The translations under genes and the position numbers were made by a program. From Trichomonas gallinae (Eukaryota): DNA of 34,872 bases. Position 1 is the first letter of the stretch; each line of letters starts with the position of its first letter. The stretch spans positions 1-34,872 of the forward strand of contig MRSU01003047.1 in assembly GCA_008369845.1 (NCBI GenBank), written 5' to 3'. A model generated the notes under the pieces. The model worked only from the letters and a program-made list of their open reading frames with translations, was not told the origin of the DNA and did no database searches. Positions 11,101 through 19,286 of the stretch are shown here, piece after piece.

Positions 11101-12657
11101 ATTTCATCCGCGGAAGTCCTCGATGTTTTGACGTCATTGATGCTCAATCAGCCAGCCCAATGCATTCCTTTGTACCAGTTGATGCTTGAAAGAATCAGCG
11201 ACTATTCCAGGATATTCCAGGACCAGGACTTCTACGACAGAATGACAGAAAAATTGGATTCAGCGAAGAAACTTGCTGACGTTATCAAGAGCATGAGAAA
11301 CTCTTCGCATTCTCCAGCAGAAAAATGCGAGTACGTTATGCAGATCGCCAACCAGTACAACACGTATCCATCCATGCGTCTCAAGTGGCTCTCTGAATTG
11401 GTCAGCATCAATAAGCAGAACAACTTTTATTCCGCGGCTTTCGTTGCACAATTGCACAAATGCGCATTGATTTCCACTGTTATTGAACACGAAAGGAAGA
11501 TGAAAGGTGAAGTGGCAGACATTGTTTTGCCTTATGAGCACAACCTTTTAGTTACACAGCCAATTACAATGTCCAAGGCGACAATCGGCAGAGATATAAT
11601 GCTGTTTGACAGAGACTTTGAGTTCATTCCCTCTGTCATGGTCGAGACGAAGATCGACTTCAAATCCGTCAGCGATGCTTTCAAGTTCCTCGCTGGGGAT
11701 TTCACTATCGATTTGTTCAAGAAGGCTATCGATGAAGCTATTGAATACGGCACGAAAGTCAAAGCATTATATTCTCTTAGGTGCCTCAGATCAATTCAAT
11801 TGAGAATATATGCGTCATCCAAGCAATACAGCGAGTTATCTCAAATATGCACAACAATCTCCGGAATTCTCAAGGAAATTCCTGTGACAGATTCAGCTGA
11901 ATACGACATCCCATACATATTCACTGTCCACAACAACACACTGTGGTGCTACGACGCTGGAACAGAGAAGGTAAATGGAATTCGCGTTTACCCACACGAC
12001 GCAAACGACAGCCAGAGCATCGAGTTCAAGCATGCATGGAATGTCTTCAGGACTAAAGTCACGCCAAAAGAACTGGAGAACGTTCGCGACTCCCAGAACA
12101 AATCGATTATCTTGGCGAGGTACATCACTGAGCAGCCACTGCCGAGATTCACTCCTACAGCGAGAATCATCGACACCAAAGATATCAAGATCACTCTCAG
12201 AGAATACGTCGATGTCGAAACAGACAGACTCTGCAGACTGATGGATATCACAGCCGATGACTTCGAGAGATGCTTCCCAACGAGAAACATCGATGCTGTC
12301 TTTGGAAAGATGAAACAGAACATCGAAGGCGACTTGAGCAGAGTCGTTTGGCTCATCAAGGCCGCTTTACAGTCAGATTACTCACTCTTCTGGCTCTTCA
12401 AGCTGCTAGAACAGAAAGGAAACCCATCAGCTGCCAAGGTTTACGCCCAGCTCACTTTGCAGCACTTGCAGAGATTGGTAAAGGTCTACCACAGAGCTAT
12501 CGAATACTTGGAGTCAGTTGAGCACTTCAGTATCTACACGGAGCTCCAGAAAGCACGTAACGAGTTCTTGCAGCACTTCGAGTTGCCTGACATCGACACC
12601 AAGAGCTACGAAGGAAGAAGAGATCCTATTATGGACAAGTATGAGTTCGAACAATAA
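8200..12657 (+). CDS. Divergent DOCK (dedicator of cytokinesis, DOCK-C/D-like) family protein
   Basis: 1485 aa. It has a C2/DHR-1-like region (FPDIVRFQFSRPLGPRSHFVVQF), a central helical repeat region, and SPAEKCEYVMQIANQYNTYPSMRLKWLSELVSINKQNNFYSAAFVAQLH, which resembles the start of DHR-2 in DOCK6-11 (..Y...P.LR..WL..MA..H......EAA). Confidence 0.75.
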   Translation: MNSSQDNYIVNTKHLISEPLPATESSDFNSGLYSNLKNWTLPILSSPTMKYHFINDLAMPPPTVSEYNNEYNLPEEDKTLLADKIEPKIIDQFLRLKEVPFTSDITYDINSVFSVTDYRPVPEPSVTIPDTFDNLFYTYISVSLQPIGQHGTAEPLSNYTGMLFVYNIQTKMPLTEAAYFKYQLGKIEFSKTNTGTVIFKIPKSEKNILLVSVLMHPDAGKPNTFLANCCPGNHQRVDNHMLHVPFAYSTVYPYTTVPETNFNFTWTLLNEQDLLGKISLSPGPEETSISLISKVTIHELEYYELEGYGTYDHPDPQYPYMCFPAQSQIFSKLPMITITNISFTFNNIPKAFLVFFKVYFCEDITNITDPYGMVGFVQQTENGLTNYYQSCYMQPAKKIVFPDIVRFQFSRPLGPRSHFVVQFVVLGSEREPMIYKCGIIELFQNGPVEFDLQTYNTMQPKKLQGQYLTRPKVTTHSNLQCIVDLPPALYPPPAFITLSESIMPQQINWNQVKSTPRMILKRQVLPTIVKLLTLLSQQTLGQILDLIATFNDDKGVKDIVRSYIFNNFKTNTKPNFFSTFVTNLDQLLQEGLEQNSEVLRNLCCSFDIIASLIVVSFEQKTEMQIPQQLLSLFIKFTNIFARMIENKTDFNLNDVVLKFGWLTYHFCSLLDARSMTIIINYHLRTMMAIKDSYQAMMAVFEFLIPFTRTPDFVRYFATRIPVRPLSEKLMSPFQPTLSLIFLCISQAFGMQNEKLITTAVNFIARLTLPLETVEEGRDRFRVGYALFPLFDLLTVAYDTVFSEEDRHLLVPTILFLLSYIPRGLMRTFFKTVNVTFRERILSFLYVVVKSCIEQLSEKVTVYNSQLNEMTKRMLMFVATNLNEFSECIGSACSLLSLLATTPHQIPRNYPRLFSAIAGIIEKYPRQRQLMTDLLSMITMKLHIARCFATTLILLFFKSDYDTRNSITISSAEVLDVLTSLMLNQPAQCIPLYQLMLERISDYSRIFQDQDFYDRMTEKLDSAKKLADVIKSMRNSSHSPAEKCEYVMQIANQYNTYPSMRLKWLSELVSINKQNNFYSAAFVAQLHKCALISTVIEHERKMKGEVADIVLPYEHNLLVTQPITMSKATIGRDIMLFDRDFEFIPSVMVETKIDFKSVSDAFKFLAGDFTIDLFKKAIDEAIEYGTKVKALYSLRCLRSIQLRIYASSKQYSELSQICTTISGILKEIPVTDSAEYDIPYIFTVHNNTLWCYDAGTEKVNGIRVYPHDANDSQSIEFKHAWNVFRTKVTPKELENVRDSQNKSIILARYITEQPLPRFTPTARIIDTKDIKITLREYVDVETDRLCRLMDITADDFERCFPTRNIDAVFGKMKQNIEGDLSRVVWLIKAALQSDYSLFWLFKLLEQKGNPSAAKVYAQLTLQHLQRLVKVYHRAIEYLESVEHFSIYTELQKARNEFLQHFELPDIDTKSYEGRRDPIMDKYEFEQ

Positions 12658-13004
12658 GATTTTATTAGTTTTATGTTATTTCTAAATATTTTTTCTTATA
12701 CAAAACCATTTGAAATGTAACAAGACAGCATTAGCTTTCTGATTAATAGATAACAACATATTTATTCGATAAATAATTAAATAATCAAATTGAAAATCAA
12801 AAATTATTTCAAAATTAATATCAGCTATTTGAGTATATAAGTCTTAACTTTTCATTATAAAAAGTTCTTTTAGTTCTCATTATCTGCTAACATATATTTT
12901 CATTAAAAATGCCACGTAAAGAAAGATTATTGACAAATTTTGATATTTACATGTCATAAAATTTTGACAAAAATTTTATATACGTTTAGAAAAAATATCT
13001 TGTT

Positions 13005-13649
13005 TTGAATTATCCTGTTTGTTACAAGTCAAATAGCCATTATTTTGCTGGAGGAGGGCCATCAATAGTCTCTTGCTTGTTTAAAAAAAAGAAGGAACAA
13101 GAAAAATCTGAAGAAAAACCAGTAAAATCCAATGTAACATTCGAAAGGACTGAAACTAATTCATCTTTACCGCCATCATACTCTGAAATACCACAAAATT
13201 CAACAAAGCCACAAATTTCTACACAATTTAGTCAATATCCTCAACAAAGACAGTCAATTAAAATCCAATTATCAGAGCCAAAGACAATTATCGATTATCA
13301 GGACAATATTCCGAAAGAGGATCCTAAAACTAGAAATCTTAGCCCAGGAACACTCGAAGCTATGCTTAATGCAGAATTGGATCATTTTATCAAGATAGAA
13401 TCCGAAATAGGACAAGTTGCCGAAATTGTTGGTAATGTACAAGTTGCAGATCATGAGCAAAAAGTAGCTCAGACAATTGTTTATAATGAAGATGAAGACG
13501 ATTCCAAAGAAATGGAGGAACTTGATGCATTAGACAACGAAATAGCTAGATTAGAAGAAATTCTTGCATATAAACTCGAACAAAAACGTCTGCAAGATGA
13601 AGAATATTATAGTTATGGATATTATTCAGATTATTCCGATGAGAACTAG
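13005..13649 (+). CDS. Hypothetical acidic/coiled-coil protein, start codon uncertain
   Basis: Open frame of 214 codons with protein-like composition (S/Q/P-rich, then ELDALDNEIARLEEIL). The track start is TTG, and the first in-frame ATG is at about 13362. Confidence 0.6.
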   Translation: MNYPVCYKSNSHYFAGGGPSIVSCLFKKKKEQEKSEEKPVKSNVTFERTETNSSLPPSYSEIPQNSTKPQISTQFSQYPQQRQSIKIQLSEPKTIIDYQDNIPKEDPKTRNLSPGTLEAMLNAELDHFIKIESEIGQVAEIVGNVQVADHEQKVAQTIVYNEDEDDSKEMEELDALDNEIARLEEILAYKLEQKRLQDEEYYSYGYYSDYSDEN

Positions 13650-13719
13650 TCAGTTATATATAGTTATAAAATTAGAAACGAACTTTACATGTTAAATAAA
13701 GATTTTGTTTGTATTTTTT

Positions 13720-14040
13720 ATTTGATAAAAAATTTTTCATTTTTGGGATTGATTTCATCATAAAATGAATATTTGGATAGAAATATGGATATAATTAGGA
13801 CAACACTTGGAAATGACTATGATAATGTTTTTTGAATAAAAAAAATTCGTTTTCTGAATTGGTTTCGTGATAACACAAATATTTTGGTAAAAATATGGTT
13901 ATATTTAAGACAAAACATGGAAATAGCTATAATATTTTTATTTTGATAAATATTCGTTTTTTTAAAGTGATTTCATGATAAAATGATTCTATAGTTAAAA
14001 ATATGGATATATTCAAAACAAAACTGGGAAATGGTTATGC
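13720..14040. repeat. Diverged tandem array, about 3 x 109 bp
   Basis: The anchor AAATATGG(A/T)TATA occurs at 13781, 13891 and 13999. Each is preceded by a G(A/G)TTTC(A/G)T(C/G)ATAA block and followed by ACAA.AC..GGAAAT. Confidence 0.85.
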
Positions 14041-14080
14041 TTTGTGAGATTGAGCTCTAAACGATTATTGTAAACCAAAA

Positions 14081-17000
14081 ATGAAATTTTGGGGAGTTGG
14101 TCTTTCTCGCTTGTGCGAAGCAACAAGAAAGGCCATCCCCAATGTCGTCGAGTCTGCTATAGCTTATATTATTCAAAATTGTTCGGATTACAATCAGATA
14201 ATTCAGCAATACGAAAATGATATAGACATAGACGACGATATAGAAGCAATTGCGAGGGACAATGACATCCCATACGATGATTCGACGACTCCTCCGCGGG
14301 TTTTCAGGATCTTGATGGAATATATTGCCGCAATTCCCGATCATCTTCTTATTGACGCTAATTTTCTTGGTGTTCGAATGATAAAAAACGTTGACCAGGC
14401 AAAACAATTTACGAAATCGTTGCCATTTGTGAATCAAGCACTTTTTTCAAGATTGGTTGCATTTTTTGTTGTTTTAAGAAAGAAATTAAAGGGAAAAAAG
14501 CAACACGAAAGGATTCTACACATAATGTCAACCATATTAATACGCGAACCTAAGACAAATGAAATAGTTGTTACGCAACAAATCGCAGATATATTTTTAT
14601 CTAACTACGACGCCGTTTTTGTTAAGCACGTTGCACTAAATGAAGATGGACGATGGATTTCAAAGGATGTTTTTCAAAGTTTTCTCGAAGAAGAAATGAA
14701 CAAATATTTAGCTTCGCAAACAATGAGTATTTCGCACTCAATATCGGACAACAAACTCAACCAGAAACGTTCTAAATCACTACATAACCTCAAAGCAGAA
14801 GATCAGGGTGAATTTATTGCAAACGAGGAAGAAGACGACGAAAACAATGGATTTTTACTCAACTCTAAAGATAAAATACAAATTAGCGCGCGACAGCGCG
14901 ATTATTCAATCAATTATCAAGAAAGTGACGTCGAAGAAGGATATATCGAGGAAGAAGACGGAGCTGACTTAAATGATGAGGGATTCCAAGAAGAGGAAGA
15001 AACATCTGATTACGATGAAACCATTTTCGACAACATTGGTGAAGGAAATGGAAAGATTGATAGAATTATTTTAAGTAGAGAGGTCGGAGGCGCAATGGAA
15101 TACTTGATTACGATGCAGGGAACGAATTACCCGTTTGCTCAGTGGATTCCGTTGACGATTTTAATGGAAATTCCAAATTATAAATCCGCTTTAACAAGAT
15201 TTAACGACAATGAAAACAAATTCCCATTCTATGTAGCAGAGAAGTACACATTTTCTACTTCTTGGGACTCGCCGCTTCATATTGTTGCACACAAACAAAT
15301 GGAAAGCGGACAAACAATGTATTTGTTGCAATACACATGTACACCAGGCACGGCATATTACTGGGAAGTCAGAGGCGAATTATCACCAAATAATTTAATT
15401 GATTATTATAATAACAAACAAGTCAGCATTGTTAAAGAAATTCCAGCGAGGCCAACTGTTATTCCTAGCATTCAACCCAATGAACTTGAAAATTTCAAAT
15501 CAAAAAGCGGATATTTGCCGAAAGAATACCAAAGGACAGGTGTAAACTGGCTCCTTCAGTGCTTCTGCGATCAACATGGCTCTCTCTTGGCAGATGAAAT
15601 GGGTTTAGGCAAAACAATCCAAGCAATTACATTTCTCAGAAAATTAAGAGATATTGGCTGGGAAGGCCCACACATCATCGTTGTTAGGAACAATACGTAC
15701 AACCAATGGTGCCAGGAGCTCGAAGAATGGAGTGATTTTAATTATGTTATGTATAAAGGAGATCCAAACGATAGACTTATATTGCGAACGTTTAGAATCC
15801 ACCATGACAAAGAGGGTAAATTCAGATTCAACATTTTGCTTGTTGCTTATGATATTTTGATAAAAGATTACGAATTCTTCAAGAATATCAACTTCGAAGT
15901 CATGATTATTGATGAAGGACACAGAATCAAGCAGAGATACGGACAAACACACTTGGCTTTCGATACCCTTAAAGCTCAGCATCGAATTATTATGACAGGA
16001 ACTCCAATTCAAAATACTCTTCAAGAATTGTGGTCATTACTGAATTTCGTCAGTCCTGAACACTTCGACGACCCTGATTTATTTCCAGATGAAGAAGTTG
16101 ATTCGATGGAACCAACAAAAATGCGAGAATTACGCGACATGATCACTCCACACTTGATGAGGCGCTCTCTGGATGAAGTGGAAAAGAGCATTGTCCCTAA
16201 AGACGAAAGATTCGTTTTTCTTCAACTTTCACAAGCGCAAAAAGACTTGACAAAGCTTGTCAAACTTCACGAATTGTGGAGAATACAAGGCCAAGAACGC
16301 GACAATTATCAAGAATCCCAAATGTTGCACAGAATTTGCAATCATCCGTTTATGGTTGAAGGATATGAACAGTATATCACAGAACTATGCGGAATTCCTC
16401 GTCAACAGGCTCTCGTTGAGACATGTTGCAAGTTCCAATTCTTAGATTTGATTCTACCAATATTCAAAAGACAAAACAGAAGTGTTTTGATATTCTCACA
16501 ACGTATAAAGATTCTCCAGCTTCTTGCTGAATACTGCCAATTAAGAAAATACAGGTATGTTATGCTTGATGGCCAATTATCAGCTGATGACAAAAAAGTT
16601 GCGATTGATTCCTTTGTTTCAGATGATTCCGATGTCTTTATCTTCCTCATTTCCACAAAATCAGGTGCAGAAGGCTTGAATCTCACAAAAGCTTCTGTAA
16701 CAATTATTTTTGATCCGGACTGGAATCCAAACAATGACCTTCAAGCACTCGGCAGATGCCATAGAATCGGCCAGACAAAGCGTGTTCTCGTTTTAAGATT
16801 AATTACCTTCGGAACATATGAACATTCGATGTACACACGAGCACAGAAGAAACTGAAGCTGTGGGATGCAGTTTTAGGCGAATCTGATTTGCATTCTCGC
16901 ATCAAACTCATTAGAAGGAGAACAAATCAGATGATGATCAAACCATATACGCCAATCCATTTCTCTGTTACAGAAAAGCAAGCTGAAATGGAAGAACCTA

Positions 17001-18745
17001 AGGAATCCATCATACAACCGCCAGAATTGCCTGGTCTCAAATTTGAAGCTGATGCTTCACTAGAAGACGTCTTAAATGGTGCAACAACAGTCGTTACAGA
17101 CCTTTTGAAGTACAAAGACCAGAAAGAAATCGACTGGGGACAAGGCGAAAATGTTGATGAATTTTTGAAGAAATTCATTTTACTTGACGACGTCAATGTC
17201 ATGAACCGCAGAAAGAAGAAGACACAATCTGCATATCAGATAGATTTGTCAACAGCCAGAAAACTAATTTCTTCTCTCGAAAGAAATGGATTCGGCCAAT
17301 ACGAAGCTATTCAAGCATCAGCAGTACCAGACTGTCCTATAGACACAGTCAAGAAATTCTGCATCGACTCAATCGTTTTATTCTTCAGGGCTCTTGAATC
17401 CACAGGATTTTTGCAATTTCCAATATTAGCGCAGCAAGTTTTAGTTGAGAAAAACGCTCCAATTTCTCTATTGATGTGTCCTGAGAGAGACGAGTGGCTG
17501 TCAGTTCCATTCACAAGAAGAGGCTCTGTCGTTGTCTCACTCAAACAGCTATTTAGCTCCATTCATAGAACTGCTCCATATTTCTTATATTCCCTCGAGT
17601 CGAAATTAATCGTCAAGAAATTCTTCGAGCTCGGTTTGCAGTTTAGGTTCGATGACATTCTTCCAGCACCACTGACACAGCAAATTCCTGACGAGCAGAT
17701 CATTCAGACACTGGTTAACAACGAGCAAATCGTTGACGAAAACAGAAGCCATATAATTGTCACCCAAATGAAGCGGCAGATCATCGAGCAGGAGAATAGC
17801 ATCCATGCAGTGGCGACTCCGCTGTGGGGCCGACCAGAAATCAACAGTGTCTTAACTTTGCTGAAGAACTTTGGCGCGAAAGTCCTCAAAATGCCGGCAA
17901 AAGAAATTCAGTGGAGAACAGGTATAATGTCTAAAGTCGATCATACGATAAAAGTCTTGGCGACGAAAATTTTAAGTTCACTGAAAGTTTCTGTCGACAG
18001 TGTTCTACCTTTGAGGATTCCTTCTACTGCTACTGGATCGCAGCCAGACACCTCTCAGCAGCAGCCTTTCCCAGAAACATTTTCCGTCGACGCCAGAGAA
18101 ATGCTCTCTGTTACCAGAAGGGCTGGGATAATGACTGCTATTGATTTGGCACTGCAAAAGGTTCCTGATGACGATAAACTCTTCCAAGGCGACAACAAAG
18201 AGTGGTTCACTAATCACCATTTCTGTTTGATATTGAGGCAGTTCAATATATATGGCTTCGACTCTCTTTCTAACATTTTAATATCTAACAAAGAATTTTC
18301 CAACAACTTGAAAGAAACTGATATACCAATGATTGCTTTAGGCAACGATCTCATGATTGACACAAAAGTTCCAAACTTCTTGCTCGATGAGTCCGTTCTT
18401 CTCGGTTTGATGACAGACATAATCGGACGAAATCCTCTGGAGCTCACAAAAGATGCAGTCACGCAATACAAAGCTGAACAGGAGCTCATACAGAAGTCCA
18501 GGCCGCAGCTTGACCGCACGCATACACACAAAGGACTGAACAGGGAGAGGCTTGTTAAAGTGAAACTCGGCGCCCATCTCAAGATAACAATGCCGAGAAT
18601 CACCGAGTTGAGATTCAACGACGGTCGAAAGGATGATGAAATGAAGAGAGAAGTCGACAAAGCAGCAGTTAGATTCAAACGAAACATTCCTGTCGACGAG
18701 CGCAGAACTATATTAAGCCTTCTTCAAGGTAAGCCGCCCGTTTAA
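14081..18745 (+). CDS. CHD-like SNF2-family chromatin remodeling ATPase with N-terminal RhoGAP-like domain and two degenerate chromodomains
   Basis: SNF2 motifs are LADEMGLGKT, IIDEGH, MTGTPIQN, LIFSQ, FDPDWNP and QALGRCHRIGQ. Chromo-like segments are IDRIILSR..EYLITMQG..AQWIP and HIVAHK..MYLLQY..YYWE. The N-terminal ~180 aa follow a RhoGAP pattern. Confidence 0.9.
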   Translation: MKFWGVGLSRLCEATRKAIPNVVESAIAYIIQNCSDYNQIIQQYENDIDIDDDIEAIARDNDIPYDDSTTPPRVFRILMEYIAAIPDHLLIDANFLGVRMIKNVDQAKQFTKSLPFVNQALFSRLVAFFVVLRKKLKGKKQHERILHIMSTILIREPKTNEIVVTQQIADIFLSNYDAVFVKHVALNEDGRWISKDVFQSFLEEEMNKYLASQTMSISHSISDNKLNQKRSKSLHNLKAEDQGEFIANEEEDDENNGFLLNSKDKIQISARQRDYSINYQESDVEEGYIEEEDGADLNDEGFQEEEETSDYDETIFDNIGEGNGKIDRIILSREVGGAMEYLITMQGTNYPFAQWIPLTILMEIPNYKSALTRFNDNENKFPFYVAEKYTFSTSWDSPLHIVAHKQMESGQTMYLLQYTCTPGTAYYWEVRGELSPNNLIDYYNNKQVSIVKEIPARPTVIPSIQPNELENFKSKSGYLPKEYQRTGVNWLLQCFCDQHGSLLADEMGLGKTIQAITFLRKLRDIGWEGPHIIVVRNNTYNQWCQELEEWSDFNYVMYKGDPNDRLILRTFRIHHDKEGKFRFNILLVAYDILIKDYEFFKNINFEVMIIDEGHRIKQRYGQTHLAFDTLKAQHRIIMTGTPIQNTLQELWSLLNFVSPEHFDDPDLFPDEEVDSMEPTKMRELRDMITPHLMRRSLDEVEKSIVPKDERFVFLQLSQAQKDLTKLVKLHELWRIQGQERDNYQESQMLHRICNHPFMVEGYEQYITELCGIPRQQALVETCCKFQFLDLILPIFKRQNRSVLIFSQRIKILQLLAEYCQLRKYRYVMLDGQLSADDKKVAIDSFVSDDSDVFIFLISTKSGAEGLNLTKASVTIIFDPDWNPNNDLQALGRCHRIGQTKRVLVLRLITFGTYEHSMYTRAQKKLKLWDAVLGESDLHSRIKLIRRRTNQMMIKPYTPIHFSVTEKQAEMEEPKESIIQPPELPGLKFEADASLEDVLNGATTVVTDLLKYKDQKEIDWGQGENVDEFLKKFILLDDVNVMNRRKKKTQSAYQIDLSTARKLISSLERNGFGQYEAIQASAVPDCPIDTVKKFCIDSIVLFFRALESTGFLQFPILAQQVLVEKNAPISLLMCPERDEWLSVPFTRRGSVVVSLKQLFSSIHRTAPYFLYSLESKLIVKKFFELGLQFRFDDILPAPLTQQIPDEQIIQTLVNNEQIVDENRSHIIVTQMKRQIIEQENSIHAVATPLWGRPEINSVLTLLKNFGAKVLKMPAKEIQWRTGIMSKVDHTIKVLATKILSSLKVSVDSVLPLRIPSTATGSQPDTSQQQPFPETFSVDAREMLSVTRRAGIMTAIDLALQKVPDDDKLFQGDNKEWFTNHHFCLILRQFNIYGFDSLSNILISNKEFSNNLKETDIPMIALGNDLMIDTKVPNFLLDESVLLGLMTDIIGRNPLELTKDAVTQYKAEQELIQKSRPQLDRTHTHKGLNRERLVKVKLGAHLKITMPRITELRFNDGRKDDEMKREVDKAAVRFKRNIPVDERRTILSLLQGKPPV

Positions 18746-19286
18746 TAATAATATTATTTATTTTTGTATATATAAAATATGTTTATTTTACTGTTTAATT
18801 TTTCATTTCATTTTTAAATTAATTTTTAAATTCAATCATTTTTAATTATCATATCATATATAGATGTACCAACAAAGATAAAATTTTCTCGATGGCAAAG
18901 AGGCTGACTCTTTACAGTTTGTATTTATCATATTTTTTGAATTAAAATGTATTTTTTATTTTCAATCCAATTCAATCAGAGTATGTTTTAGCTAATGAGT
19001 AAGAAATCACATGCATCAAATTCAGTTTAAGTAAATGAAATATTCTTGATATAAATTTTCTCTTTCTTATTTTTGAAATAAATCGAATATAATGTTTAGT
19101 TAACGGCAGTATTATAGTTTTGCGCCTTTAAATTTGCATAATTTTAATATTGAAATCAAAATTTGAAATTTTTGTTATAATATTTGGATAAATTCTATTT
19201 GGAAAAGTTATTTGTATTATATACATGCAGTACTATATAGATAATTGGTTAAAATTGTTTTATTTCAGGTTTTATTTTGATCAAAA

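Noticed and set aside
12909..13036. Intron joining the ATG at 12909 to the 13005 frame
   Set aside because: The only frame-preserving GT-AG pair I found (12953-13036) lacks a GTA-type donor and the ACTAAC branch point fused to the acceptor that is expected in trichomonad introns.
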